NCBI GenBank assembly: GCA_002269645.1
Contig: NIVC01002092.1
Coordinates: 145,327 to 209,326, forward strand
Direction: 5' to 3'
Length of the DNA: 64,000 nt
From: Macrostomum lignano
Taxonomy: Eukaryota
Shown: piece by piece, positions 37,010-52,317 of the stretch
Position numbering within the stretch: the first letter of the stretch is position 1
How the letters are laid out: each line of letters begins with the position of its first letter
Program-made: the position numbers and the translations under genes
The notes under the pieces: generated by a model
The model's input: only the letters and a program-made list of their open reading frames with translations
Told to the model about the DNA's origin: nothing
Databases searched by the model: none

Positions 37010-38756
37010 GGCCATAGACTAAACGTCTGGAACAAAAAGTTCAGCGGAGCAGCCTGAAATTATCATAGACGAAACATGTTAAATAAAGTTATGGTCTTAT
37101 AAGCTGGAACCCTGCAGCAGAGGATACATGTTTCTGTTTCCTCCGTTTGCCCTAACCTCTATTTATGCCACTCATACGAATGATAAATTGGTCGAATTTG
37201 CCGATTGAAAGCGTTGACGGCTTGAATGGAAATGAGGTCAACTTTCTCAGCGACTTGAGTATGGGTGGACGTGACGAGGCGGATGGCGAAGAGTTGATGG
37301 AGTTCATCCGATTCATTGAATGCGGTAACGATGATGCTCTGCCACCACTGCCAAGCAAAGAAGAGGCTTGCCCCGAGGATTCCATGCAGAACAAACCATG
37401 CAATTCGGCCGATGTGTGTAACGTCTAAAGACATTTCTTATTATTTTTTTTTCGTACATTTATACAATCTGTTTATTCAGCTTTGTTGTATTGAATAAAA
37501 AATATCCTCGCAAACGCATTGATACAGGAATATACAGATTGCTCATCTGCAAATGGGTATATCCAAATATAACCCGTTGGGAATATCCAAAGATGGGGAC
37601 GGCTTGACCATAGACAATCCGCAGATAAGCAATCTGTTGTATTCCTGTTTCGATGCCTGAAAGGCGCGCAAAAATTTACTTAGTTCACAATTTCCGTCGA
37701 CGCAATCGTTTGTGGCCCAAACGAAACTAGACACAATGTCAGTCACTGATTGTAGATTGATTCTAAATGTTTTTTATTATCATACGAGAAAATTCTTTGA
37801 GTCCTTGAGCACGAGCATTTGCTTCAACTTGAGAATATTCTCCAAGTGCGAGCAAATCCTCAGCCACTTTAAACCATAGACAAGACGTCTTCCCACTTGA
37901 TTCCATTGACCTTTGCAGGCATCTGAAGCTTATACACCAATTATAGACTGGCTTGTGAGAAGGGAAACAGAAAGAGAAAGAAAAAGCAAGGCATTTCTTA
38001 CAAGAATGGAAACGCAGTGACTTTTACCGGCTGAGTCAGCTTTACTGACTGACACTTTTACTGACTTTTACGAGCTACCTCACTTTTTCTTGAGCAAATC
38101 TAGCTTCGCAATTTAGTTTATGGTGCGGTTTTTATTCATACTAGCAGAAGTAAATGCCCAGACGTTGAGAATATTGAGCAACAGCTCAGGAGCAAGAACT
38201 CCTGAACGAATGCTCATGAGCTCTTGCTCACTTTATTCATGCAGACCAGAGTCGATGCTTGAGCTTGAGCAACTGCTCACTTTATTCATACGGCCTATTG
38301 TCTCTGCAAAATGCTTATTATCAGTTACTTTTATTCACAAAATCTTTCACTCTGGAGTGCTGGTGTGCAAAAGCGCCCCGCCCCTTTGATTAGCGCCCCC
38401 TTGACCCCGCTGTCTTCTGACTTTGCCATAGACATTTTCAGCGGGCCGTGAAACCGACTGAATACATTGGAGTAAATGGGATTTTACCATAGACAGTCTC
38501 AGCGGGCCGTGCTTCGCGCCTCGGCATTATAGATCGTTTCTGCCCTTTGCAGCCCATCAACATTGGTATACGGCACCTTCTAGCCATTTTGGTTTGGGCC
38601 ATAGACTACTTTGACTAGGCAAAGCCACGGTCTCCGTGTCAACTTTTGAAAGCCCCAATAGGAAAATTGACTGCAAAAAGCGTTAATCTACACATATGAA
38701 GGTTCAAGCTTGATTCATAGGCTCTTTCTTTACCAGTGAAATGGCTGTCTATGGCC
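37010..38756 (+). mobile_element. Non-autonomous Crypton-like derivative; retains only an N-terminal ORF fragment (37165-37428)
   Basis: DGEELMEFIRFIECGNDDALPPLPSKEE resembles DEDLATFIKYIEEGGASDELPLLPDENE of the Crypton ORF at 57963-59003. Bounded by GGCCATAGAC (37010) and GTCTATGGCC (38747), with several internal CCATAGAC copies. Boundaries are tentative. Confidence 0.5.
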
Positions 38757-39388
38757 AAACCTCGCTAAGAAATGAAGCCTGAGAACTCGAAACGAGGTCA
38801 ATCAACCAATTCACAGGCCTGAAAACGAGGCCAGTAAACTTTGCTTTGTTTAAACAAATTCGATAGGTAACAAACTCAGTAACGGAAATCGGCGAATCAT
38901 ATTACATTGTCCATTCGGTTAATTGTACATAAGGTAACCCGAAGGTCACTCCGTTAACACCGTCTCACCGTTGACCGTCATACTCTTCTTCTTAGCGGGA
39001 ACACTGATCTTCTCAGACTCGGGATTCAATGTAGGCTCAATGGATGCCACGGGTCCAGGCTCAATGGACTGCGCCCATCCATACCCCCACTTATGTGGGG
39101 CTTCCGATATCAAGGACGACTCAGGTATAAGGACGGGAAACCTCGTTTCTTGGAAACTTTAGGAGCCAGGTTTTCCGAAAGAATACACTACGGAGATAGG
39201 AAGTTTTCATTTTTCAGCACAAAAATTGTTATTGCTTTCGATGGGAGGCGGATCCAGTGTTCTTCTTTTGATATTTTGTGCCGTTCTTACAGCTCTATTC
39301 ATATTCATAAATTTTTTTGTTCAGAAAATTAGGATTCCATGTTAATTATTTATTCTACGTACATTCCCTGCGCCTAAAAACCATTAAA

Positions 39389-39517
39389 ATGGCACGGCTC
39401 GGTTCATTGGTTTTACGTATTTTCTCGTATTTTATCATTCTAAGCTGACTGTGTAACAATATGTGTAACAGAGATCATAAAATAGATTCATAAAACCAAT
39501 GAGCCGAGCTGTGCCAT
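39389..39517. mobile_element. 129-bp mini-MITE or hairpin with 27-bp inverted termini
   Basis: ATGGCACGGCTCGGTTCATTGGTTTTA vs the reverse complement of TAAAACCAATGAGCCGAGCTGTGCCAT (2 mismatches). Confidence 0.65.
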
Positions 39518-40015
39518 GCATTTGAAAAGCTAATCGAATTGGGGTATCGGAATATCGCATTCAACCGATACTTTCATGTATCGCGTCTAACATTTATTTC
39601 TATTTCGGAGAATTGAAGCCCAATTGTTTTGTCAATGTGGATATTAAAATTTAACCACATTCAAAGTTCCGAAGCTACGTCTACTGACAATATTTTTTGC
39701 TAGTAATTATGTTTAACAGTATAAACTCTCAGCTCAGCTAACGCAGTAGTAAATAGTAGCTATTCTCATAAGAACCAACGCAATCTTAAAGATTCCTCAT
39801 AAAAGATGGTTGACATGCGGTTATTTTAAGAAACAATAAATAGTCATGCCCCAGGTCTCATTGCGCCGACCTGCGGAAACCTGATGCGGGCTCGGCGTCG
39901 AAAGTTATTAGGGGGTCCGACTGAGTGCAAATTCAACTGTCCAGTTTATTTGTTTAACACGACACATCTGTCATTTCTAATGCTGGTTCACGGTAGCGCA
40001 GATATTGCGTCTCTC

Positions 40016-40227
40016 TCAGGCGTTGTCAAACTCGACGCCCGCTTGGTCTCCGGAGGTGGTCGGTTCCGCAAAAATGGGACGAATCTCCCATTGGGAATAG
40101 CCGGCGTAGTCTGCGGCCGGTTCGCCGCCGTACCGCCGCTTGCCCCAGCCGATGGAACGGTGCGGCCGCTGCCGATGATGAAGCCGCTCGAGATGCTGGG
40201 CGACGGACCGGATAGTCACCGGAGTGC
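40016..40227 (-). CDS. Novel -GWamide prepropeptide, coding exon 2 (contains QRPHRSIGW-GKRR)
   Basis: Acceptor cttcAG|GC ACT at 40228 (phase 1) matches the phase-1 donor at 40948. Open to TGA at 40018-40016. Confidence 0.75.
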
Positions 40228-40408
40228 CTGAAGTTCAGAGACGCTCAGAGGTTGGCCTGTTCGACTCACAGCGCGTTGTGCCTGCCTGCAGTCAAAGTGC
40301 CCCCCCCGAGTTCCAATTCGTGCGCAGCTACATTGATTTGGAGCTCGTGCATGAAAACTCTCATTTAAATGAAGACCAATCGACAAGGCACAGAGAGTGA
40401 AATACGCG

Positions 40409-40820
40409 GGGGGCTACTGTGCTAGTCCATATACTAAAATACACAGGGGGCTACTGTGCTAGTCCATATACTAAAATACACAGGGGGCTACTGTGCTAGT
40501 CCATATACTAAAATACACAGGGGGCTACTGTGCTAGTCCATATACTAAAATACACAGGGGGCTACTGTGCTAGTCCATATACTAAAATACACAGGGGGCT
40601 ACTGTGCTAGTCCATATACTAAAATACACAGGGGGCTACTGTGCTAGTCCATATACTAAAATACACAGGGTGCTACTGTGCTAGTCCATATACTAAAATA
40701 CACAGGGGGCTACTGTACTAGTCCATATACTAAAATACACAGGGGGCTACTGTGCTAGTCATTATACTAAAATACACAGGGGGCTACTGTGCTAGTCCAT
40801 ATACTAAAATACACAGGGGG
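40409..40820. repeat. 37-bp minisatellite (GGGGGCTACTGTGCTAGTCCATATACTAAAATACACA), about 11 head-to-tail copies, intronic
   Basis: Direct inspection; no unique spacers. Confidence 0.95.
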
Positions 40821-40948
40821 GGGCTATACAGGCTTGATGATGAAGTAGTCAGGGTGGCTGTACACCCTGTGTGAGCGTGTGCCTGTGTGCTTTTCCATGT
40901 GCATGCTCCCTGTGGTAATTTTTTTTATTCAACCGAAAGAATACTCAC

Positions 40949-41018
40949 CTTCGCAGTCGGCGGCCAGAGCCAGGACCGCTGCACATGACAGCAGCAGGAG
41001 GAGACTGATCTTCGACAT
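40949..41018 (-). CDS. Novel -GWamide prepropeptide, coding exon 1 (signal peptide MSKISLLLLLSCAAVLALAADCE)
   Basis: ATG at 41018; classic hydrophobic signal sequence; consensus donor GAA G|GTGAGT. A 40-nt 5'-UTR intron is likely at 41272-41233. Confidence 0.75.
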
Positions 41019-41662
41019 CGTTCCGGTCACTCAGAGAAGCTTTCAGGAGCGGTTACGGACTGTTGAAGGAGGTCGAACACCTTCGATATTTCTGATAAGC
41101 TCTGGCGCGAACCGATTACGACCCGAGCGAGTTTTATCCCAATTTATCCCCGACACGAGACCGGAAATTGGGATGATGAGGCGCGGCAAGTTGCAGCGGC
41201 CCCTGTGCGGGTCCGGGATCTGGTTCATCATCCTGGAGTTAACTAACTGGGAGATGAGCGCATCGCTCTCACCTTATCCCCGGCTCCCTGCGCGTCTCAG
41301 TCGGGCACGCGAAAAACCTGGCAGTGTAAAAACAGCTACATAAATTACCTGCTCAGCTCTCACTTTCCGAAACAATTTCTAGCTTAAAGTAATTTTTCAT
41401 CGGCTAGTAGCGGAGTTTGCTATTCCGGTTGCCGAGGAGGGGCGTATGTCTCTTTGTTGTCATTAAGGCTGTAATTTGTCAATGTGCTACATGCAGTGTT
41501 AACTAATGGAACAGGAGCCTTTTCAATTTCATGGTGTTGTGCCGGTCTCAGTGTAGCTGTTCACGATCCAGCTCATTAAATTGTTGCAGAAACTCCCATC
41601 ATTTAGAGTTTCCAACGCGCAGGACATCAATGGGACATTGACTTGGATTTGTTGACACTATA

Positions 41663-42140
<478 letters not shown>

Positions 42141-42879
42141 AGTACAGACCATGGTCTATCCTATCGTTCTAATCACTAGCTTTTCTCTCAACCCCTCCTT
42201 CACTCCCCTGTTTCCTTAATTAACCACGTGAATACCCTCGTAAAGCAATTAGCCTAGCCGAGCAGCAGGTGTTCTAAAATTAGCATCAGCAGCGCGGGGC
42301 AGAAGTTGCCATTCTTCACAATACTAGCTGATGCTTGATTATTTAAATTTTACCGCCACGTAATTGATTTTAAATCGGTAAGAAAATGGGGTTGCAATCA
42401 TGTGTTTGGTTAAATAAATTCAGCAGTTATTATTTAAATTATTCTTATTCCTAAGCACATCTGCAAAACAGAAGGAATTTTGGCTGTTTCTAAAAATGAA
42501 TTTTACTCTCTCTCGAGAGAACTTTGTTATCAGAATGCAATGATTACATTTCTGATAGCTAATGACGTAGGCAAGTTCATAGTGCCTTTCTAATTATATT
42601 CCACCATATACCTTACTAACTGGGTGGGTCCAGAAGTCCTGGGAGGCTTGGTGGTATTAAACTGCCTGTAGATCAACCTGCATGGCCCACATTTTTATGC
42701 TGAATCATTGAGATTCTGCGCTTTGGTACTTAATTACAGGATTTATTGTTTAGTAGGGGAATTTCAACCGTCTCTCTATTAGGTAAGTTATCGATCATTT
42801 TTACCTGAGCTTGTCAATGCTGATCATGCTACTGATTTGAGTTATCACTTACTAAATTCACTGTGCTCAAGGATGTTTC

Positions 42880-43790
42880 TCATTCTGATACTGAGTACTG
42901 AGTACGAGCATAATGATGATTAGACCCATTTGTGTGATTCTCTATCTGCATGTGATGATGATTGGATCAATTTGATTAATTCCCTTTTGAGTATGATGAT
43001 GATTAGACCCATTTGAGTGATTCTCTATCTGCGTGTGATGATGATTGGATCAATTTGAGAGATTCTCTATCTGAGTATAATGATGATTAGATCAATTTGA
43101 GTGACAGATCAATTTGAGTGATTCTCTATCTGAGTATAATGATGATTAGATCAATTTGAGTGACAGATCAATTTGAGTGATTCTCTATCTGAGTATAATG
43201 ATGATTAGATCAATTTGAGTGACAGATCAATTTGAGTGATTCTCTATCTGAGTATAATGATGATTAGATCAATTTGAGTGACAGATCAATTTGAGTGATT
43301 CTCTATCTGATTGTGATGATGATTAGATCAATTTAAGAGATTCTCTATCGGAGTCTGATAATGATTCAATTTGAGTGATTTTCTGAGTATGATGATGATT
43401 AGATCAATTTGAGTGATTTTCTAAGTATGATGATGGTTAGATCAATTTGAGTGATTTTCTGAGTATGATGATGGTTAGATCAATTTGAGTGATTTTCTGA
43501 GTATGATGATGATTAGATCAATTTGAGTGATTATCTATCTATCTAGGTATGATGATTAGATCAATTTGAGTGATTATCTATCTATCTAGGTATGATGATT
43601 AGATCAATTTGAGTGATTATCTATCTATCTAGGTATGATGATTAGATCAATTTGAGTGATTATCTATCTATCTAGGTATGATGATTAGATCAATTTGAGT
43701 GATTCTCTATCTGGGTATGATGATTAGATCAATTTGAGTGATTCTCTATCTGGGTATGATGATTAGATCAATTTGAGTGATTCTCATTTC
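42880..43790. repeat. Degenerate 40-58-bp tandem repeat (GATGATTAGATCAATTTGAGTGATTCTCTATCTGAGTAT core)
   Basis: Direct inspection; the unit changes stepwise along the array. Confidence 0.9.
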
Positions 43791-45465
43791 CGGTTATCCT
43801 GTTGATTATAGATTATTTTAGGGATTCTCATTCTTAATATAGCTCTGGTATCACATTGTCAGCATATTTATGCTAGTAATAATGCTATCCATTGGAGTGC
43901 TACTGTGATCATGTGATTATAGTGCGATGCTCCTGCACAAGGCACCGACAAAGTTGTCTATATTTTGTGGAAAAAGATTTCACCGCATGGTATCCAAGTT
44001 GCATGAAAATATTTATTAAAGTACTTTTATATAAAGAAGAAGAACTTTGGCTTGATAATTTGGCCAACTGGTCAAGCTCTCAGCCAGCAGGCAAATAAAG
44101 AATACACAAGTCTGTTGTTTTTTTCAAAATTAACGACACACTTGCTCTGAACTCTGAACTCAGGCTGAAGTGAGCACTCAGACAGCAACTAGGCTATTGG
44201 CTGAAGTTGAAATTTTAAAGAAAAAATCTTTTTTAAGAAATAAACTTCGTTTAGAAAGACAGGAAAGATGGTGACGGAATATGGAAAGCGAAGTTCGGAA
44301 AAGGTGGCGTGACGAACTCGAATTGCAGTGGCGCAGCTCAAGTTGGTGGTCGAAAAAAATATTTTCAAAGGCTTTTTTTGAGAGTAGCAACGTTCGGAAG
44401 GGTTTAGCGTTTGACGCAAACTTGTTTTCATGACGCAAGATTTAACAAAAATAGCGTTTTCTCGAATGAACTTGCGACTAGCGAACTGACTATTAATCCC
44501 GACGCCTAATCCTGACCAAAAGCAAGGTGTGCCTCAATTGAGGATCTTTTTCCCTTTTGTGTCGTAGCTGCACCCGCCATCTTCTCAGCCTCGCCATTTA
44601 TCTTAATGTTTTTCCAAGGACAACTTAAGTAGAAGGACGCAACACTCGAAATCTATGGTAAATGTTTTGAAGGCAACTTTCGCCGAAAAATACACTACAG
44701 AGATAGGAGGATATGTTACTTAAGTAGTCCTTGTGTTTTTCCTGTTCTAGTAAGTAAATATATACATAACATGAAGGACAGGGGGGGGGGGCAAACGCAT
44801 TTAAAAATTTATGTAGCATGAAAAAACTCGTTGCTGTCGAGAATTCGGAGTTCAGCATCACAAACTCAAAACGAACTGTCTCGATGACAGAAAAATTTTA
44901 TTACTTTTGATGAAATATTTTTTACAAATGTACAGCAGATGCTTTTATTACGTTTATGAAGTTCAGAATAACAGCTTGAGAGTGCTGTATTTTCAACAAA
45001 ATTTTATTGGCTATTGTCTGCAATGCATTTAAACTGCGCGTGTTCAAAGAAAAACAAAGGCTACAGAAAAGTGCAAAAAACAAGTTTGAAAGAAAGTTCA
45101 TTTTCAACTTGAGTTGCTTTTTTGCTTGGCCCAAAAGCGAACTTTGCTAGCTGGAGATGGGCTTATACAGAGCCACGCGGGGTAGATATGCTGCACAAGT
45201 ACAAGTAATAGCCTACTGCCAGAAGAGAGGTTGAATTCACTTATTCTAGGCTCTTTCAATCTTGCATCTTAATTTTGTTAATATGTTCACCTGACCAGTG
45301 CGATGCTGGTTTTAAAAATATAATCTGTAAATGACAATTACAATACATGCCGGATTCATTTGTTGGTAGGTAGGCCATCAGAAAACGTTGGAAAAATTAG
45401 TCCTGTACTTATGCAACCCGTACTGCATTTCCAGGAAAGTTATTATTTTCTTACTTCGTTTGCAG

Positions 45466-45749
45466 AACTCACGGCTTGGCTCAGCTCGATGGGCCAGCTG
45501 GAGTCGCCGCCGACGTCTCAACGCCTCTCGGCATCGGCAAAAAGCGACTTTATGACTGCAGACTCGACCAAAACATCTCTTTTATCAGTCATCAAGTGAG
45601 CACTGTTGCTGTTGCCGTTGCTATTTACTCAGCACATGGACTGCTTCAGAAGATGCACTGTCGGAATCTACGTCACGGATCTTTCTTACCAGCAGCATCC
45701 AGCAGAATTAGTGGGGGACTTCCAACCAACGTGTATGTATGTTACCGCG
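45466..45749 (+). CDS. Two candidate exons (45466-45595, 45633-45749) of an unidentified Cys-containing protein
   Basis: tttgcAG acceptor, a 37-nt GTGAGC...tcAG intron, and a GCG|GTAAGT donor. One frame is open across both exons (THGLAQ...PLGIGKKRLYDC...HMDCFRRC...TCMYVTA). Confidence 0.35.
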
Positions 45750-46759
45750 GTAAGTCCGTGACGTGCTGGTGAGGTAAAGCTCAGATTCTTTAATGTTGCA
45801 AGTGCTGAAGTTGAGAAGTTAGGATAAGCAGCACTGAAGTTGGCCTAATATGCAATTTTCGTGTTCCTCGAAGGTTCGTTTTTAGACTGGATAGCTAGCT
45901 CATAAAATAATGATAATTATAACTAGCTAGAGACCAATATTAACAAAGTCAAATGTCATTCACACGTACTCTGTTACGCTGAAAAGTTCAGACCGACGAA
46001 AAATCTTTGTCTTCAAAAAATTCTAAAACTTGAATTTGACTACAGCGTTTCAAATTTCGTCTTATTGTAAGACAAGAGCTCAACCTTTTAATGACACTTT
46101 TCCTGCACCCAGCTGCTGTTTGCATGATGCTCATCCTTGAAAGCTGTCTCAGCATTTTGTTAGTATGCTTGTGCTCAATATTAATTGAATATCCTTTGTA
46201 TTAGTCAATGTGCAAATTTCAATGACAATATTCTTCATACATGTAATTAATTGTTTATTTGGTTGGTTTCTTGTTTCATAGATACCGGTAGGCGTTCTAA
46301 TTGTGTCTTGATCATTATCTGTGCTGCAGGACAATTGAAAAGTTGTCCAAACCAATAATCACACTATTCTTTGGTTCCCAACTCAAAATTAAATTTAGCA
46401 CAGTCTCGCAAATCTACGAGCTAGCAAAATTTGCTAACGCTTTCGTCGCTTGCTTCAGATGGATGCTTCAGGTCCGGCACTAGTCGAACAACAGCAACAA
46501 TGAAGACTTGTTTGTCGTTATACAGGTCGAACATTCATCGTTATGTTACATCAACATAAATATACAGGTAGATCATTTTACGTCGTCGTTACGCTTTGGT
46601 CAAAGCATGTCGACGCAGCTGCAACAACAAGTCGAAACAGCAATGATAAGCGAATCCTATATAGCAACGCCAAAATCATTACGGAATAGACTCTCAAGCA
46701 TTTAAATGTCTAGATGGAGTGGTTGCATCCGCAAAAACGATACTCGAACAAGAACAACA

Positions 46760-47900
46760 GGAACAACTAAAGACGCATCCCAGAGGTCCTTAGTTCAGGG
46801 TGAAGTGTCAGACGACGCGCTGCGGCGCCAATGAGCGAACGAATTCAGCCCAGTTGACGGTGTAAAGTGCTCAGAATACAGTCCACATACTGTATAACTC
46901 CTGGAGTTGTCTTGAAGAAGTCGAGGCAGTTTCGATCTCGGCCAGTGCAATGTGAACTCTCTTGTACAGGGCCTCGGTCCGGACGCTCTCGTCCATTTGG
47001 GAAGGCCGCACGGAACAGCCCTAGAGAGCGCCTAGTCAAGCTGTCGCTTCAGCGTTGCCATCACCTGCCACAGCCAAGCCCCTCTAGGAGTCAGCTTTGG
47101 GCTGGCTGCCTAGGCAAGTTGATGTCCTCTTTTACTATAGGCGCCAGGCCGTTGAAAAATCAACGCGTCAGTTTGGCCTAATACGAGTACAGGGAGTCCC
47201 ATATGAAGTGCCAGGTTTAAATTTTTTCTCTGAAATGAAATTTAATCACAAGATGGGCACATATCTGTATATACGATTTGATTGTCTGAAGTTTCATCAA
47301 AATCGGCTTAAATTCAGTTCAGTTGTCACTTCAGCATGGCCTCCATTTTTCTCGATAGGCTGCTCTAAGCGCCCGCGACATGCCAGAGAAGTTTTCTTAC
47401 ACATTTCAAGTGTTACCAATTCAAAAGGGTCAGTATAAACCTGTCCTTCAATTCTTCAATTGTCCTAGGTCGCGTTGTATACACTTTCGACTTAATAAAT
47501 CCCCGCATAAAAATCGCAAGGAGTAAGGTCCGGCGAACATGGCGGCCAGGGCATGTTTGGTGAACCGCGCCCCACCTGTCACTGTGGAATTTTTGCACTC
47601 AGCCTTGCGGCACAACAATAGAGTAGGTAAAGTTTCAATAGAACTTATTGCTGGAGACAAAATAATTCCACTTGGAAATCTGGCACAACAGTTTGGCACC
47701 ACCTCGACCAGCTGGTCTATCTGGCATTGAGCGCCTTCAACAGACGAGGGTAGGAGGGCCAAGCGCGGCACTCAGGCCATCCAGTCCAGGAACGGGACAT
47801 GGCGTCACCAAAGCGCTCGTATCATGATAGAGTCACGCCAACCGTCATTTTAGAAAGAAAAATGAAGTCTCATCGACGACAAGGCACTTCAGAGCACTTT
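46760..47900 (-). mobile_element. RTE-like LINE remnant (RT piece ~47600-47800, C-terminal piece ~46760-47190), apparently interrupted by a mariner-like fragment
   Basis: LALLPSSVEGAQCQIDQLVEV resembles the RT segment after (Y)ADD. RRSLGLF..., MDESVRTEALY and YVDCIL resemble RTE C-termini. Many stops and frameshifts. Confidence 0.4.
47188..47580 (-). mobile_element. Tc1/mariner-like fragment (transposase C-terminus plus one terminus)
   Basis: GFIKSKVYTTRPRTIEELKDR matches the post-catalytic mariner/Tc1 motif. TA-CAGGGAGTCCC terminus near 47188. Confidence 0.6.
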
Positions 47901-48957
47901 TCATCTGATAGATCTTCCAAGCAGAGGCATCTGCAGAAAGGACTCCTTCAAAACCTTTACCCAATCAATGTTTGCATGAGCATGCGTTGGTAGTAATTCA
48001 GGACATTTCAAAGCGCAGCAATTGAACGCAAGCTAAGCTACCTGCCCGGCAATCTCGCTGATTTGCGAGTAGACAATACTTAACAGCAGATGTCGCATCT
48101 GTCGTCCAGAGTTTCGCATAAAAAGTTTTCTCCAGATCACAGGTCTATCTAGTTATTTTTAACGCTTGTCAAAATTGCATTCATTGATACTCCTTCTTAG
48201 CCGTGCATCCTCTTTCAGCCGCGTATCAATCCTCCTTCAGCCGTGTATCAATCCTCTTTCAGCCGCGTATCAATCCTCCTTCAGCCGTGTATCAATCCTT
48301 TTTTAGCCGCGCCCCAGCTATCTGTTTCTGAATGAGCTCCCTTTTTAGCTTCAATTTTTGCGAAGGTTATAAGTCTTGGTCAGTCAAGAAGGTTGCATGA
48401 CAACTTTTTAAAGAAGAACGGCTAAAATTCGATAAGTCTAGCTTTTTAATAGTAATAAATCTTTCCAATTTCTGTACAAAAATTAAAAAATTTCTGTACA
48501 AAACATAAATAAAGAGGGGAAGTATGCTCGTGTTGATAATTATTTTGAAAAAAACCCTATCAGTGGAAGATTCTATCTGCCTGTCTAAAAATAGCAACAA
48601 TCCAGTCTGTTAAATACCATGCCAACCCCAACCCCTAAACAGAAGCCGGAATTATATGAGCCACCCTAAGCATTTCGAGATCAAGATTTTGTTTCCAAAA
48701 ATAACGACAATTCCATTAAGCATCAGCAAATCGGAGGCCTTCGGTGCAACCCCCTCCAGCCACCCCTGGCGACCGTCTTGTCTATATAAACCCGATCAAA
48801 TTCTATATAAAATTAGCATCGCTTTTCTTTCTACCAGGAGGTAAGAAGCTGTGGTTGGCGGATTGTTTAGCTACCTCGTTTCTTCGCTAAGGCTCATCTT
48901 GTTGCTAAAATTAGCACCTGCGTACATACTTGACCGGCTTTTTCTAACCGAAAAGAG

Positions 48958-51092
<2,135 letters not shown>

Positions 51093-51710
51093 CTGTACAG
51101 GCAGCTCTGTTTTCTCTTCTCACCCGATGCACTGCTGCGTACTGTAGGGAACTGAGTGGCTTGGAAGACTCACCGGTCATATTTTCTACAATTTCTACGC
51201 TTTCTTACACTGTATATTCCTTTCATCGGACATTTGCAGCAGACTCAACACTTGCGTTCAGGAAAGTCAGGAAGTAGGATTTTTGCCTCGGGCAGCTTAA
51301 TGCATGTCTTCCCGATCCCTACCCTCTGATGCCGCCGGTGCCCTCCTTCGCTGCATGTCTGGCAGTTCGCACTAAACAGATTCAACATTCATATTATTTT
51401 TTGATTTAAAGTTTGAGTTAGTTAGCTTTACCAAGATATTTTGTATCATGCTCTGATTAATAATATTTTTTCTACATTCTTCCTTAACCTTTTTCAACAA
51501 AAACTTTACTCCACAAATTTTAGTTATTGAACTATCTAAAAAATTCAATCAACTTTTTACTGATATCATTAAAACTCTGTAAGTTGTCAATTTAAAATTG
51601 GCTGCTGCAAGCACTTAGTGCCATGTAAATAAACACCTGATGATGGACAGGTAGCGCATCAAGTCTTGATAATTCTAGCATGAACTATCTAATGGCTAAG
51701 TGAGACTAAA

Positions 51711-52317
<607 letters not shown>

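Noticed and set aside
38946-39148. 67-codon open frame on the - strand containing KWGYGW, phase-compatible with the signal-peptide exon at 40949
   Set aside because: The acceptor is weak (AAG), there is no amidation or dibasic site after GW, and an open frame of this length is plausible by chance. Worth only a glance in RNA-seq.
40409-40820. CRISPR-like array (37-bp repeats)
   Set aside because: The units are head-to-tail with no unique spacers, there are no cas genes, and the context is a eukaryotic intron. It is a minisatellite.
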